The notes under the pieces are model-generated. The model did no database searches. It saw only the letters and a program-made list of their open reading frames with translations, and was not told the origin of the DNA. Source: a virus. Taken from it: 57,423 nt of DNA. The stretch is from IMG/VR virus record IMGVR_UViG_3300045988_081621; one strand, written 5' to 3'. Below, piece by piece: positions 23,922-34,841 of this stretch. A program made the position numbers and the translations under genes. Position 1 is the first letter of the stretch. Each line of letters begins with the position of its first letter.

Positions 23922-25420
23922 CTATACCTCCAATTCTGTAAGTGCTACTGCATACTCTGAATTTACATATGCTTCTGTCGATTGTGTATCCATATCATAT
24001 ATGTAATCTCGGTTGTCATTTAACTGTTGTTTAACATAGTTCCATCCGTTAGCCATGCTAATCGGATAATTAAATACTGTATATCCGTCAAGCTGTTCTG
24101 AATTGACGCTGATGTTTGTTACTGGATAATAGGTTGCAAGTTCTTTTAATGCCTGTATCTGTTCTGATGTTAAAGGCAATTCTTCTTTTAAAACTGGTAA
24201 AAGCACAAATGGCTTATTATTTAAAATCCAATTGTTAAAATCATCTGATGTTATTGTTGTATCTGTGCTAAATGCAAAACCAATGTTAGCTCTAATTCCG
24301 TCAGTATTTGCTGTAAAAGTTCCAATTCTATCTGGCGTATTAGTAACAAAAGCGAAATGACTGCTAATTGAAAAAGCGTTTTTTATAATTTTACTACCAT
24401 CTATCCCTAGTGCTTCATTTGTCCTACCATAAAATCTAAGAACACCTTTATTAATTGCTATTCCCCACTGAGCCTGTTTAAGAAATAATTTTTCTACACA
24501 TTTTACTATTTTGCCATTTTCAACATCCACATAATCCGCAATATACTGCTGTTCGTTGATTGTGACATTACCACCACTTGAGACTGGAATAGCATTTAAT
24601 GTTATTGGCAACTGTATTGATTGCTCTTTGTATGGCTCAAATGGAGTAATTTGTTTACCTATTAAGATTTGTGGCTTCCATGTTTCGTTGTTGAAAGTAT
24701 TTCCTCTTGTAATTTTAATAGATAACTTAAATTCATACCTAGCATCTTGTCTTGTAATTACATAAGGTGTATTGATAGTATTGCTTGCAATTGAAAGGCT
24801 CTTTGTGTTCTCGTTGCTATAATCAACGTAGCATTTGTTTAAATGTTCAGTGCCTCCTATATTATTTGGACAAAATATAATTTCAGTTCCTTCTTTAAGC
24901 ATAGATGGGGTATCTATTGGCAAGTAAATACGTTTATTATCGGTAGATGTTCCGTTTAATTTTTATAACTCCGTTGCTTACAGTAATGGTACATCCAACA
25001 TCTTGATATTCACCATCTCTAATTTTTAAGATATTACTTCCAAGTAGTTTTACTGTTGGATTCACAACGCTCTTAATCTCAACTGGATTTTCTGGTGTTG
25101 GTGTTCCATCCTGTGAGGATTTGCCATATATCATCATATCTTGAATCTTTCCATTGTCAGAATCGGCAAGATGGGTTTCACCTTGATTTGATGCGTAGAA
25201 CTTTGTGATTTTGTTGGATAAATCTTCTTTTAGTGAATTAGTTTTTTTCTTCTAATCCACTCAATCTATCTTCAGTTGTTTCAGGGTCTGTAGTTGAAGC
25301 AAATGTGCTTAATTTTTTAATTTGACTGTCCATCTTATTAAGATTCTCAGCATCAATGGGAGTGGTCTCATTGGGTAAATCTACAAAGTTAATTGGACTA
25401 TAATCATCAACAAAGGCCAT
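23922..25420 (-). pseudogene. Tail fibre / receptor-binding protein split into three reading-frame segments by two +1 frame changes in poly(A) runs
   Basis: Segment 1 is 25420-25238 (MAFVDDYSPINFVDLPNETTPIDAENLNKM..., a typical fibre N-terminus). Segment 2 is open from 25240 to 24937 (..SQDGTPTPENPVEI..). Segment 3 is open from about 24960 to 23922. The junctions fall at A7 (25242-25248) and A5 (24960-24964). Segments 2 and 3 lack a credible RBS. Confidence 0.6.
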
Positions 25421-25423
25421 AAT

Positions 25424-25678
25424 TTATTCCTCCTTATCTTCATCTTCTGCATTATTTTGTGTTTGCTCGTCTTCTGCATTATTTTTTGCTTCTTCAAGTA
25501 CTTTGTTATTGTACTCCTCCAGTTCTTTATTTTTAACTTTTGTTGAAGCATTGGTAACATCATTCATTATGTCTTTCATAATTAATTCAAGTATGCTTGG
25601 ATGTAATTTAGACTCATTTAAGATATTGATTATTTTGTTTCTTGTTTCTTGGATTAATAAGGTTACGGGTTTTTCCAT
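25424..25678 (-). CDS. Hypothetical tail-module protein
   Basis: 84-aa ORF with an acidic C-terminus. Confidence 0.55.
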   Translation of the reverse strand: MEKPVTLLIQETRNKIINILNESKLHPSILELIMKDIMNDVTNASTKVKNKELEEYNNKVLEEAKNNAEDEQTQNNAEDEDKEE

Positions 25679-25712
25679 GTTTAATTTCTCCTTTCATTAA
25701 GTTCTTATTATG

Positions 25713-27863
25713 CTAAGATATATTAACACGCCCTAGTTGTGTTTTATCCACATATACATATAGGCTACTACCATCCCATTGAAATGTAAGCTCGTGTCCC
25801 ATCTGAATCATTGCAGGATATCCGTCACCTCGCCAAACTGACTTTAATATAGTCCGTGATACATTAAAATATGAATTACCATTAACTTGGAATTTTCCAT
25901 TTATATATAAATTATTGTCCAGGCAAGTGGTGTCTTTTCCTGTACTTTGTGCATTCCATACATCTCCATACATTGTCAACCATGCGGTGTTTCTCTCACC
26001 ATCATAGCCTTCAACAGTGGTCGTGGATGCATCTATTCTCATACGCATATAGTTGCTTGAAGGTAATCCAAAGTAGGCTAAAAATTCATCTGGAGAGGAT
26101 GTCATTTCTGCAAAATATTGGTCAGTCCCTACCTCTGTACCTATACCTAAGCTTGTATATAGCTTTAATGTCTGAGCACTACAATCTCCTGTATCAGATG
26201 CATAGAAAAATTGTCCCTGTTTGCTCGCATAGTCTCCACACTGGAATGAACCACTTAGTAAAGCATTTTTAGCTGTTATAGTTCCGTCCTTTGTAATTGT
26301 ACAATTATCAGACCCAAGTGTCAAGCGATTACCAGTTAGATTAATAACATCTGCACTTGCATTAATCATTGATATAATCTGACCATTATCATCTTTATCA
26401 ATTTTAAGTTCCAGGTCTGCTTGCACTTTCTTAATTGTATCATTAGTGACAGCGAATGATTTTGATACATCAAGTTTTATTGAGTCTGTCTTTTGTGCTA
26501 TTTCGGATTTTAATCCTTTAGCATAATCATTTAAAATAGAGGATGTGCCTTCAATAAGACGAGATAACTCATTCGTTTTTCCTTGTAACTTGAGAATGTC
26601 GTGATGTATACCATTAACTTCTGCAAGAGACTGGTCACCTTCCGATATAATGCTATCCATAATCATTTGAATGCCGGTTAATGTTCTTTGTAATACATAA
26701 GACTTATATACGTTATTATTCGTGTCTATTATTCTAATAGTATCACCAGTCTCCACACAAGGGTTACCTTGCAATGTAATGTTTACTGGGTTGAAAATTA
26801 CTTTAGATATCTTAGAAAGAGCATTATTGGCAATAGTCTTTAATTCCTCAGTCCCTGATGAATATGTTAAAAAATTACCTTGAATAATATAAGTTACTCC
26901 AGTATCATCCCCAGCAATATAACCAATATCATCTTCACTTTGACGTATTTGTAATTTTGTAATCTGTTCAAAATTAGTATCTCCTACCTGAAGTGTCTTA
27001 TATTCGCCCATCTCTAATCTACGAGTATCAACATTTCCAGGTTTTCTAGGAAATAATGATTTATTCGGGTATAAAGTCTTGCTTGGGAATAATCCTCTTG
27101 AAAATGGTTTTAGCTCTACATATGTAAATACATCATCTCTGGACATTTTTCCAAAGACTCCATTAATCTCACAGATTGCTTCAAGTACATCTTTAGCAGT
27201 CAAGTCAATATCATCTACTGATTTGGATACTTTCATATCATCATTAACCAATGTGGTTGATTGCTGAGTTAATCCAATATACTTAAAAAATGAGTCTCTA
27301 AAAGCTTTTAGTGTTATAGACTCATACTCAGTTTGATAATAAGTAATGGGTTCAAGTTCCTCATAATACTCTGTTATTTCTTTGCCATCTATACCAGTAT
27401 ATGTCCATTCTTTGGTAACATTTTCGTATCTAATTAAGGGCACTTGCTTGCTAGGAAATAACTTACTATACCAATCACTTACATTCATGGATGATATTGA
27501 GTATAATCTATCATAAGCCGTAATATTTCTATATTTTTTATCGCTTGTCAGTGTATCTTCATCAACTATATATGTACCAATTTTAAATGGTACATCATCT
27601 TTATTAGCTAAAGTTTCGGTAACTTGTAACGTTTGACCTTTCAATGAATTTACTGTATTAGCTATTTTGATTTTCAGACAAGAGGACTCGCATTTACCAA
27701 ATGATAATTTACTGTCGGAGCATAATGACTCCGACAATGAGAAATCACTGGATGTAGATGAAAAATTTTTATTTGTTAGAATAGTTCCATCTGAGCATAC
27801 AATTTTTAATTGCTTATCCACGGATGATTTATCAAATAAATCATAATACTTATAATCTATCAT
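25713..27863 (-). CDS. Tail-associated protein (Tal / baseplate hub-like)
   Basis: 716 aa, the second gene after the tape measure. N-terminal pattern LSESLCSDSKLSFGKCESSCLKIKI is typical of siphophage Tal N-domains as I remember them. Confidence 0.55.
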   Translation of the reverse strand: MIDYKYYDLFDKSSVDKQLKIVCSDGTILTNKNFSSTSSDFSLSESLCSDSKLSFGKCESSCLKIKIANTVNSLKGQTLQVTETLANKDDVPFKIGTYIVDEDTLTSDKKYRNITAYDRLYSISSMNVSDWYSKLFPSKQVPLIRYENVTKEWTYTGIDGKEITEYYEELEPITYYQTEYESITLKAFRDSFFKYIGLTQQSTTLVNDDMKVSKSVDDIDLTAKDVLEAICEINGVFGKMSRDDVFTYVELKPFSRGLFPSKTLYPNKSLFPRKPGNVDTRRLEMGEYKTLQVGDTNFEQITKLQIRQSEDDIGYIAGDDTGVTYIIQGNFLTYSSGTEELKTIANNALSKISKVIFNPVNITLQGNPCVETGDTIRIIDTNNNVYKSYVLQRTLTGIQMIMDSIISEGDQSLAEVNGIHHDILKLQGKTNELSRLIEGTSSILNDYAKGLKSEIAQKTDSIKLDVSKSFAVTNDTIKKVQADLELKIDKDDNGQIISMINASADVINLTGNRLTLGSDNCTITKDGTITAKNALLSGSFQCGDYASKQGQFFYASDTGDCSAQTLKLYTSLGIGTEVGTDQYFAEMTSSPDEFLAYFGLPSSNYMRMRIDASTTTVEGYDGERNTAWLTMYGDVWNAQSTGKDTTCLDNNLYINGKFQVNGNSYFNVSRTILKSVWRGDGYPAMIQMGHELTFQWDGSSLYVYVDKTQLGRVNIS

Positions 27864-27875
27864 ACATCCTCCTTT

Positions 27876-28283
27876 TTAGTAACCTACAAATTCAAATGAT
27901 ACTGTATCATAGTAGACTAAATTTTCTTCAATATCATCTATTGTAAATTCAGTATCAACTTTATATACCTTCTGAGTGATATAATCATTTATTTCTGGTA
28001 CAAATACTTTCATAGTAACATCTTTTTCATTACTATTTTCGTATCTGTCCCGCATTGGTTTCATTATATCTTTTTCAAAAGTTTCATTATCAAGACCATC
28101 TAATATATCAAATGATATAGATAAGGGCATGTGCTCTAAAGCGTTTCTTGTTAATATTCCGTTTGCATTTCTGAAGCTATCTATATCTTGTCCATTCACT
28201 TTCACTTTATATGTTCCATACTCAATGTGCTTGAGAGGAAAAGTAAAAGTACCTATTTTAATCAAATATCCATTATAACTCAT
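27876..28283 (-). CDS. Distal tail protein (Dit)-like
   Basis: 135 aa, immediately downstream of the tape measure. The call is by position. Confidence 0.4.
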   Translation of the reverse strand: MSYNGYLIKIGTFTFPLKHIEYGTYKVKVNGQDIDSFRNANGILTRNALEHMPLSISFDILDGLDNETFEKDIMKPMRDRYENSNEKDVTMKVFVPEINDYITQKVYKVDTEFTIDDIEENLVYYDTVSFEFVGY

Positions 28284-28294
28284 ACTTTCCCTCC

Positions 28295-31200
28295 TTAATA
28301 AGAAAATGCACTTTTACCGGTTTGCTTTATGAATTGTCTATCTTGATTTCTAATAGCTCTAAATACTTCTTTTCCATCAATTTCAATCACTATTGGTGAG
28401 TTATCTGACATATTCATACCCTGCAAAGTCTCTTTTAATGCTTGCTTAATTGTATCCAATGGTGCCTCAATATTAGTTCCATGTTTCTGGTCACCTACAA
28501 CGGATAAGAACGGTTGATTTGCTGGAAGCACCGCTCCGGTTGCAAGTCTAGGCAAGCTAACTCTTGATATAGTACTTAGATTAAATCCTAATGACTTACC
28601 ACCTAATCCAGGAACCCAAGCAGGGATACTAAAATGTAAATGGTTAAGTGCCCTAATCATAGAATTAAAACCTCCAATTATTCCATTAACCATACCTTGT
28701 ATAGCACTTAGAATAAAATTAATATATGACCTAGCCACATTATATATACCTCGCCATATTCCAGAGATAATAGATAGAATACTATTCATTATACGTGCAA
28801 TACCACTCTGCATATAACTAAATCCATTTACTACATATGATTTGAGTGTATTGACAGCTCCTATCACTGTAGATTTAATGCCACTCCACGTATTTGAAAT
28901 GAAACTTCTAATACCTCCAAAAATTGTTGTAATAGCAGTCTTTGCCGCATTGAATCCAGTTTTTATGAACTGAACAATTATTGAAATTGCTCCAGTAAAA
29001 ATTGACTTAATAGTTGACCATATACCTGAGATGAACCCAGTTAATGCATTCCAAATTCCTGTGAATATTTCCTGAACTCCTTGCCATGCTAATGACCAAT
29101 CACCTGTAAATACACCTGTGATAAAATCTATAATTCCACCAAGGGTTTCCATTATGCCTGATAAAATATCAGCTATAGTTCCTATAATTGATGATACATA
29201 TTTTACCAGTGTTTCCAAAATAGGAGTTATAACCGGAACTACATTAGCAACAATCCATGCAATCAATGGTTCAAGTACATTTTTCCATAATTTACTTATT
29301 GCAAGTACTATCTTTCCAACAAGTGCAATTAGATTATTAACAAAAGGTTGGAGATGAGTATTCCACAATGTTTGGACTGCCGTTGCTACTGTTGTTAAAA
29401 ATGGAACTACTTGGCTATTCCATACATCTAAGAGACTGCTTACTAAACTGCTAAATCCATCTGTTATATTTTGAAAAGCTGGCGCTAAATATTCATCATA
29501 TACATTGAAAATCTGTTCAAATGTATTTTTTATTGCACCATGAATTGTATCCATTGCAATAGAGATAGGTTCAAGCAATCCCATTACAGCTTGTTGAATT
29601 TTATCCTTATTATCAATAATAGGTTGAGCAATCAAATTATATAAGTCGGAAGATAATCTTCCAGTTAATTCCATAAAACCTAATGCTAAATCAGCATTAA
29701 TCCCCATGAAATCTCCAGTTATATTTTTAGCTGTATCACTTCTAAATACAGTAAATATCTCTGCTATAGCTGTTGATAAGTTTCCAGTAATTTGAGCTAC
29801 TTTACTTGATATATCAAATAATCCAACTATTCTGTCAGTAATATATCCACTGTCTTTTGATAAAAAGCTATCAACTCCACCAACCAGATTTTCAATTATT
29901 GTTTGACCTATACTAACCATGCTTCCTGCAAGTTGTCCTAAAGCGTATGCAACATTATTAGCCCAGTTATTTGCCGCATTTATAACATTTGGATTGGTAA
30001 AGATATCTTGTAATTGCTTACCAATGCTTGCAAGATGTTTCTGAGTCCTTTTGAGACTGGCATCAAAATCAGTTCCTAATCCATTTTTGAAACCTTTTTT
30101 AAGTAAATCTACAAGCTCTAATAATCGTTTCTTAACACCATCAAAAATTGTATTAATTTTAGAATTTGCTTGGTCTATAACAGAATCTGTGCCTGAGCTA
30201 ATGTCGGGTGTCGCAAGACCACCACCTCCACCAGCACCTCCCGCTCCTGCATCACTATCAGATTGGGAAGACATTGTGTTATTTAATTTATCAAATGAAG
30301 CTAATGATTTTGAAGCTGTCTTAGATGCTTTTTTAGTGGCTGTATCATAATCACCCACTGCTGTGGTAGCATCATCAAAAGCATCTGCTGTGTCTGATAT
30401 AGCTCCGCTAACTTGATTAGCACTTTGAACCTGTATACCAAATACGCTGGATAATACAGACCCTATAGATTTAGCTATAGCAATCATACGACCCATAATC
30501 ATATTAAGTGCTTTAACTAAAGGAGTTAATACAGTGATTATTCCAGTGCCTAATACACCTAAAAATTCTTTCCACTGTTCTTTCAATACTCTTGTCTGAT
30601 TAGCCCATGAATCTTGAGTATCAATGAAGTCATCCCCTATATATCCAAGCTGTTGCATCACATACTGATACCTAAGCATTACTCTCTCAGACTGAGACAT
30701 CTCATTATAGGATTTTGAAATACCTTGAGCTAAAGCAAATTGTTTTAGATTTGCTTCGGTCATAACAACACCATATTGCTTCAAGGTCTCTGTTTCACCT
30801 GTATATATAGATTTTAATGCAATTGCGGCATATTTATTGGAAGTATTAAAGAAAGATGCCATATTAGCACTTAATTTTGTCAAATTTAATGCCATATTCT
30901 TAGCATCTTGTGAGGAGGTTAGCATTGACTTTCCCATTGCCATGAAGGTAGAGCCAGTTTGATAAGCTTCCAATCTTGAAATTCCTAAATTCTTAATGGA
31001 ACTATCTGCAAGCGCATCCATTTCACCTCGCATGTTTCCAAATGCTTTTTGAACCACATTATCAACTTCAGTTAAATCTGATGCCACATCAACAGCTTGT
31101 TGACCAAAATTAATAAGTGCTTTCAAGCTGAATACAAGACCTAATGTGCCAATAATTCCTTTTAATGAACTTTTTAATGAACCTATAGATTTAGTTGCGC

Positions 31201-31342
31201 CGTTCATGCTATTACTTATCTGGTTCATAGCTTTAGTGCCAGTGTTTCCCATTTCTGTAAACTGAGGTTTGAGATTGTTCAATTCTTTTTTTAATCCAGT
31301 AGAATCTAGTCCTGTCTCAATTACAACTTTACCATCTGCCAT
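28295..31342 (-). CDS. Tail tape measure protein
   Basis: 1015 aa, helical, with a hydrophobic repeat-rich C-terminal half and a Gly-rich linker. Position after the tail chaperone genes. Confidence 0.85.
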   Translation of the reverse strand: MADGKVVIETGLDSTGLKKELNNLKPQFTEMGNTGTKAMNQISNSMNGATKSIGSLKSSLKGIIGTLGLVFSLKALINFGQQAVDVASDLTEVDNVVQKAFGNMRGEMDALADSSIKNLGISRLEAYQTGSTFMAMGKSMLTSSQDAKNMALNLTKLSANMASFFNTSNKYAAIALKSIYTGETETLKQYGVVMTEANLKQFALAQGISKSYNEMSQSERVMLRYQYVMQQLGYIGDDFIDTQDSWANQTRVLKEQWKEFLGVLGTGIITVLTPLVKALNMIMGRMIAIAKSIGSVLSSVFGIQVQSANQVSGAISDTADAFDDATTAVGDYDTATKKASKTASKSLASFDKLNNTMSSQSDSDAGAGGAGGGGGLATPDISSGTDSVIDQANSKINTIFDGVKKRLLELVDLLKKGFKNGLGTDFDASLKRTQKHLASIGKQLQDIFTNPNVINAANNWANNVAYALGQLAGSMVSIGQTIIENLVGGVDSFLSKDSGYITDRIVGLFDISSKVAQITGNLSTAIAEIFTVFRSDTAKNITGDFMGINADLALGFMELTGRLSSDLYNLIAQPIIDNKDKIQQAVMGLLEPISIAMDTIHGAIKNTFEQIFNVYDEYLAPAFQNITDGFSSLVSSLLDVWNSQVVPFLTTVATAVQTLWNTHLQPFVNNLIALVGKIVLAISKLWKNVLEPLIAWIVANVVPVITPILETLVKYVSSIIGTIADILSGIMETLGGIIDFITGVFTGDWSLAWQGVQEIFTGIWNALTGFISGIWSTIKSIFTGAISIIVQFIKTGFNAAKTAITTIFGGIRSFISNTWSGIKSTVIGAVNTLKSYVVNGFSYMQSGIARIMNSILSIISGIWRGIYNVARSYINFILSAIQGMVNGIIGGFNSMIRALNHLHFSIPAWVPGLGGKSLGFNLSTISRVSLPRLATGAVLPANQPFLSVVGDQKHGTNIEAPLDTIKQALKETLQGMNMSDNSPIVIEIDGKEVFRAIRNQDRQFIKQTGKSAFSY

Positions 31343-31360
31343 TATATATGCACCTCCTTT

Positions 31361-31927
31361 CTATCCAATTAACGCATCCAAAGCGTCTTTTTCTGCTTGA
31401 CTACGTTTATTTTTATGCTTCTTTAAATCAATGATGTCTTTATTCTCATTATAGAAAGTACGTTCCCACTTCTCTAATTTTTTATGTTTTGCTTTTTTTT
31501 CTCGAATACGAACTACAGTGGAGAACATACCCTCACCAATCTCATTGAATAATCCAATAAATGTCCACCAGTGCATGTACTTAACATCTCTTACTTCATA
31601 TCCAGCAATTTTATTAATAGCGGAAAAAATAATCTGTTCATCCTGTTCCCAATCATATAATTGTGGTCGCATATGCTGATTCTGTGATGATTGTTCTGAT
31701 TGAATCTGTCCTCCATCTAAAAACCATAAAGCTTTTTCATATGCTGTACCGGTTGATTTAGGTATGTTATCCTTAAAAAGAATTGAAAGAACCACCATTA
31801 TTTTTTCCATATCTGTAAGTTCGTCATCCATACATGCCTGCATGATAACTAATATATCTCTATAATCTGTGCGAATTTCATAATCAATATTATCAACTTT
31901 CAATGTTGTTGGTAACTTACCAATCAT
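31361..31927 (-). CDS. Tail assembly protein (Gp15-like)
   Basis: 188 aa between the chaperone and the tape measure. The N-terminus LKVDNIDYEIRTDYRDIL resembles the phage Gp15 family. Confidence 0.5.
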   Translation of the reverse strand: MIGKLPTTLKVDNIDYEIRTDYRDILVIMQACMDDELTDMEKIMVVLSILFKDNIPKSTGTAYEKALWFLDGGQIQSEQSSQNQHMRPQLYDWEQDEQIIFSAINKIAGYEVRDVKYMHWWTFIGLFNEIGEGMFSTVVRIREKKAKHKKLEKWERTFYNENKDIIDLKKHKNKRSQAEKDALDALIG

Positions 31928-31928
31928 A

Positions 31929-32354
31929 TTACTCTACCTGCTTTGTATATTTCTCAATGTGTTTCATACTCTTTTTAAACTCAGCTTCTGTCTCCTTCTT
32001 AATTATTGGCATGAAAGCTAATAAGAATCTTTCAACAAATGTTACACCCTTATATGATGATAAGGCACTCTGATTTCCGAATACAACTTTACTTGCATTT
32101 TCATCATCGAAAAGTGTATTAAGTTCATTCTTAATAAGTTTATCCATCCTGTCGAACTCATTTACTATATTAACCTCATTTTCGTTGATACTTGTAAGGT
32201 CTTTGATATAATCTTTAATGTGTTCTTGCATTGCTTCAGCACGGGGATATAAATTAATATCTGAAGGGTTAAATGATATCTGTCCTCTTACATTTCCATT
32301 CTCATCCTCTATATCGTATGTCTTTAATCCTGTTTCAATTTTAATTCCTGCCAT
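31929..32354 (-). CDS. Tail assembly chaperone
   Basis: 141 aa, acidic, positioned between the major tail protein and the tape measure. Confidence 0.5.
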   Translation of the reverse strand: MAGIKIETGLKTYDIEDENGNVRGQISFNPSDINLYPRAEAMQEHIKDYIKDLTSINENEVNIVNEFDRMDKLIKNELNTLFDDENASKVVFGNQSALSSYKGVTFVERFLLAFMPIIKKETEAEFKKSMKHIEKYTKQVE

Positions 32355-32371
32355 AATTTTTCTCCTTATAT

Positions 32372-32408
32372 AAAAAATAGGATAAGGATAAATTAATACC
32401 CTTATCCT
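32372..32408 (-). terminator. Intrinsic (probably partial) terminator after the major tail protein gene
   Basis: Arms aggataagg (32379-32387) and ccttatcct (32400-32408), followed on the minus strand by a T-run. Confidence 0.6.
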
Positions 32409-32477
32409 TGTATCTAATCAATAATGGTTTTATGTTCATCATCTAATGATTGTGCCTTTATATCGCTAGTCCCCTGA

Positions 32478-32963
32478 CTAGCCTTTTTTGGGTGTAAATG
32501 TAGGTACACCACTAGCAATAGTTACTGTACCTTCTTTTCTATTTCCATCAAAAAGTACATCAAATGGAATTGATACTCCTGATGTATCACCACCATAAGA
32601 TTGTGGCTTCACGATAACATCCTCTACCCATGCCTGATGAGTGGTTTCTGCCGTATCCTTGATAATAACTTCAAGAATCTGAGTTTTACACTTATCGCCT
32701 TTAAGTCGATTCATAGCAATATCCACAAGTTTTTCATAGATGCTATCTTCCGGGTTAGCATAGTATGGGTCAGCTGACATGCTAGGCTCATAACCATTAT
32801 CTTTTACAGTTGTTTCTCCTAAAATATTCTTAGTGGTCTCTGTATCAGGATTTAGTTCTACTGACATATCGTCAATATCTTTTCCGATAAGAAACCATGT
32901 TGCACTGCCTGTTCCAAAAGAACTATCAATGTAATGCATTAATGCTTCTCGTGCTAATTTCAT
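32478..32963 (-). CDS. Major tail protein
   Basis: 161 aa. Position is after the connector genes and before the chaperones, followed by a terminator. Confidence 0.6.
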   Translation of the reverse strand: MKLAREALMHYIDSSFGTGSATWFLIGKDIDDMSVELNPDTETTKNILGETTVKDNGYEPSMSADPYYANPEDSIYEKLVDIAMNRLKGDKCKTQILEVIIKDTAETTHQAWVEDVIVKPQSYGGDTSGVSIPFDVLFDGNRKEGTVTIASGVPTFTPKKG

Positions 32964-32965
32964 TT

Positions 32966-33397
32966 TTATTCCTTCCTTTCTGTATATGTTATTTTTACTT
33001 GAAATTGATATTTAGATAACTGATTGGTTGTATCAACTAATAATGTTGGGGCATTGGTAAGTACTTCTATTTTTTCTATGTCACACTTTTCTCCAAAATC
33101 TGGTCCGGAGTCAATTGATTGGTTATCAATCCATTCGGAAAAATTCTGAACCTCATCTAGTGCTTCCATATTCACATCGCTAGTACCTGAATTATCATAG
33201 CTTGTAATCATGTCTATAGCAAATGCAAGTTCTTTTCGCATTGAACCATCAATAAATTTCTGTACTATACGAACTCCAGGTACACTATTCATTGTTACTG
33301 CACCAACAAACATTGGTGTAGCATTAAAATACATCCAATGTCCTAAAGGCTCATAATTTTCAGTCAACCATTCATTTACTTGCCTGTAAAGATTCAT
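32966..33397 (-). CDS. Tail completion / tail terminator-like protein
   Basis: 143 aa. The call is by position. Confidence 0.4.
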   Translation of the reverse strand: MNLYRQVNEWLTENYEPLGHWMYFNATPMFVGAVTMNSVPGVRIVQKFIDGSMRKELAFAIDMITSYDNSGTSDVNMEALDEVQNFSEWIDNQSIDSGPDFGEKCDIEKIEVLTNAPTLLVDTTNQLSKYQFQVKITYTERKE

Positions 33398-33400
33398 AAT

Positions 33401-33841
33401 TTAAACATTTCTCCTTATATATTCAGATACACTCTGAGCAACGATATTTTTATACATCTCAAAAGCAGGAACTTCCCAATGACTTGTTGCAAGTGGATTT
33501 TGTTCTTTGCTATAATTAAGAGGTATATTTGTTGGAACTTTAGGTACACCAGGTCTACTCCAGAATCCATAATCTTTGTCATAGAAAGCACCTTTGCCTG
33601 TTATAGGGTCAACATATAGTTTTCCTTCCCATTGATAATGAGCATAAGGTGAATTATATGTTACTTTGAATGGGTCTATCGTAATATCACTAGCTAATAT
33701 ACCTTCTTGCATTGGTGTATATTTTGCAAAATATCTTGACCATTCACTAGCCAAGAATTTTCCTATTTTATCAGATTCAGCTAATCTATGAACTGTAGCA
33801 GGCGGGTTATAAAGTTTGATAGTAACCTTAGCATTACTCAT
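33401..33841 (-). CDS. Head-tail joining protein (neck component)
   Basis: 146 aa. The call is by position. Confidence 0.4.
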   Translation of the reverse strand: MSNAKVTIKLYNPPATVHRLAESDKIGKFLASEWSRYFAKYTPMQEGILASDITIDPFKVTYNSPYAHYQWEGKLYVDPITGKGAFYDKDYGFWSRPGVPKVPTNIPLNYSKEQNPLATSHWEVPAFEMYKNIVAQSVSEYIRRNV

Positions 33842-34251
33842 TACACACCACTCACTTTCAATCTAATAGTTGCTCCATATTTTTTAGGAACTTCTATTAT
33901 ACTTCTTACTTCACACACCATGCTTTTATGCTTGTTCTTCAGTTGTATGATGGTATTTGGCAGAAAATCTTCATCTACTTCCTTTAAAAATATATAATCT
34001 CCTTGTGACAAAGTATAATAAGAATCTTTATTTTCAAGATTTTTCCATTCATCATAAGGTCTATACTTTTCATCGAAAGGAATTAAAATGGTGAATGCTT
34101 GACCCATACTAACTTGTGTTCCATTGACATCAGTAACACGCTCAATAGCATATTGGATATTATGTAAGAAGCATTTATACCAAACATCAAGTCCAGTTAT
34201 ACTGTCGCTTTTAGCTAATCTATTAGCTATTGTTATTGTTAGTGCATCCAT
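33841..34251 (-). CDS. Head closure / head-tail adaptor protein
   Basis: 136 aa. The call is by position. Confidence 0.4.
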   Translation of the reverse strand: MDALTITIANRLAKSDSITGLDVWYKCFLHNIQYAIERVTDVNGTQVSMGQAFTILIPFDEKYRPYDEWKNLENKDSYYTLSQGDYIFLKEVDEDFLPNTIIQLKNKHKSMVCEVRSIIEVPKKYGATIRLKVSGV

Positions 34252-34610
34252 TGTTTTCTACCTCGATAAAGTAATTCGGGATACTCCCATAAGTATTCAT
34301 TAACTAACTGAATAATCTGTGTATCTATAACACTTTTTCCTTCATTGTTTGTTGCACTATAACCAAAACTTTCAATCCCATTGGAATAACTAGTTAGATT
34401 CTGTGCTTGGTCTATATTCATCTGCTCCCAGAAATTTGTATTTAATCTAAAACAAAGATTAAATACTGCTTCTGGGATGATGTCTAATTTTCTGATTCTG
34501 CCATTTGTCAGATAATCTAACTTTGCTTCAACTTCAATTTCATGCTGATTAAAGGCGGTTTCATTGAGTGTACCACCTAACTCTTTATATTTGTTATAAT
34601 CAAGATACAT
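34239..34610 (-). CDS. Head-tail connector protein
   Basis: 123 aa. The call is by position. Confidence 0.4.
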   Translation of the reverse strand: MYLDYNKYKELGGTLNETAFNQHEIEVEAKLDYLTNGRIRKLDIIPEAVFNLCFRLNTNFWEQMNIDQAQNLTSYSNGIESFGYSATNNEGKSVIDTQIIQLVNEYLWEYPELLYRGRKQWMH

Positions 34611-34627
34611 TCAATTCCACCGCCTTT

Positions 34628-34828
34628 CTATGCTTCGATTTTAGTAGACTTTCGTCCTCGTTTTGGCTTTATTTCTTTCTGCAAAGTTTCAGTTTCATTC
34701 TTAATTGTTTCATTGTCTATAGTTTTATGTTCTTCAACATATTCAACAGCACCATGATTAAGATGCTGTTGAATAACCATATCATTATCACTATTAAGAA
34801 TTACTCCTGTAGGTAAGAGTAATTGCAT
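34628..34828 (-). CDS. Hypothetical protein
   Basis: 66-aa ORF after the capsid gene. Confidence 0.45.
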   Translation of the reverse strand: MQLLLPTGVILNSDNDMVIQQHLNHGAVEYVEEHKTIDNETIKNETETLQKEIKPKRGRKSTKIEA

Positions 34829-34841
34829 AATTTACACTCCT

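Noticed and set aside
31920-31935. Programmed -1 frameshift between the two tail-chaperone genes (G/GT-type)
   Set aside because: - The second gene starts with its own ATG right after the stop of the first (TAATATG).
- There is no overlapping extension frame or slippery heptamer that I could identify.
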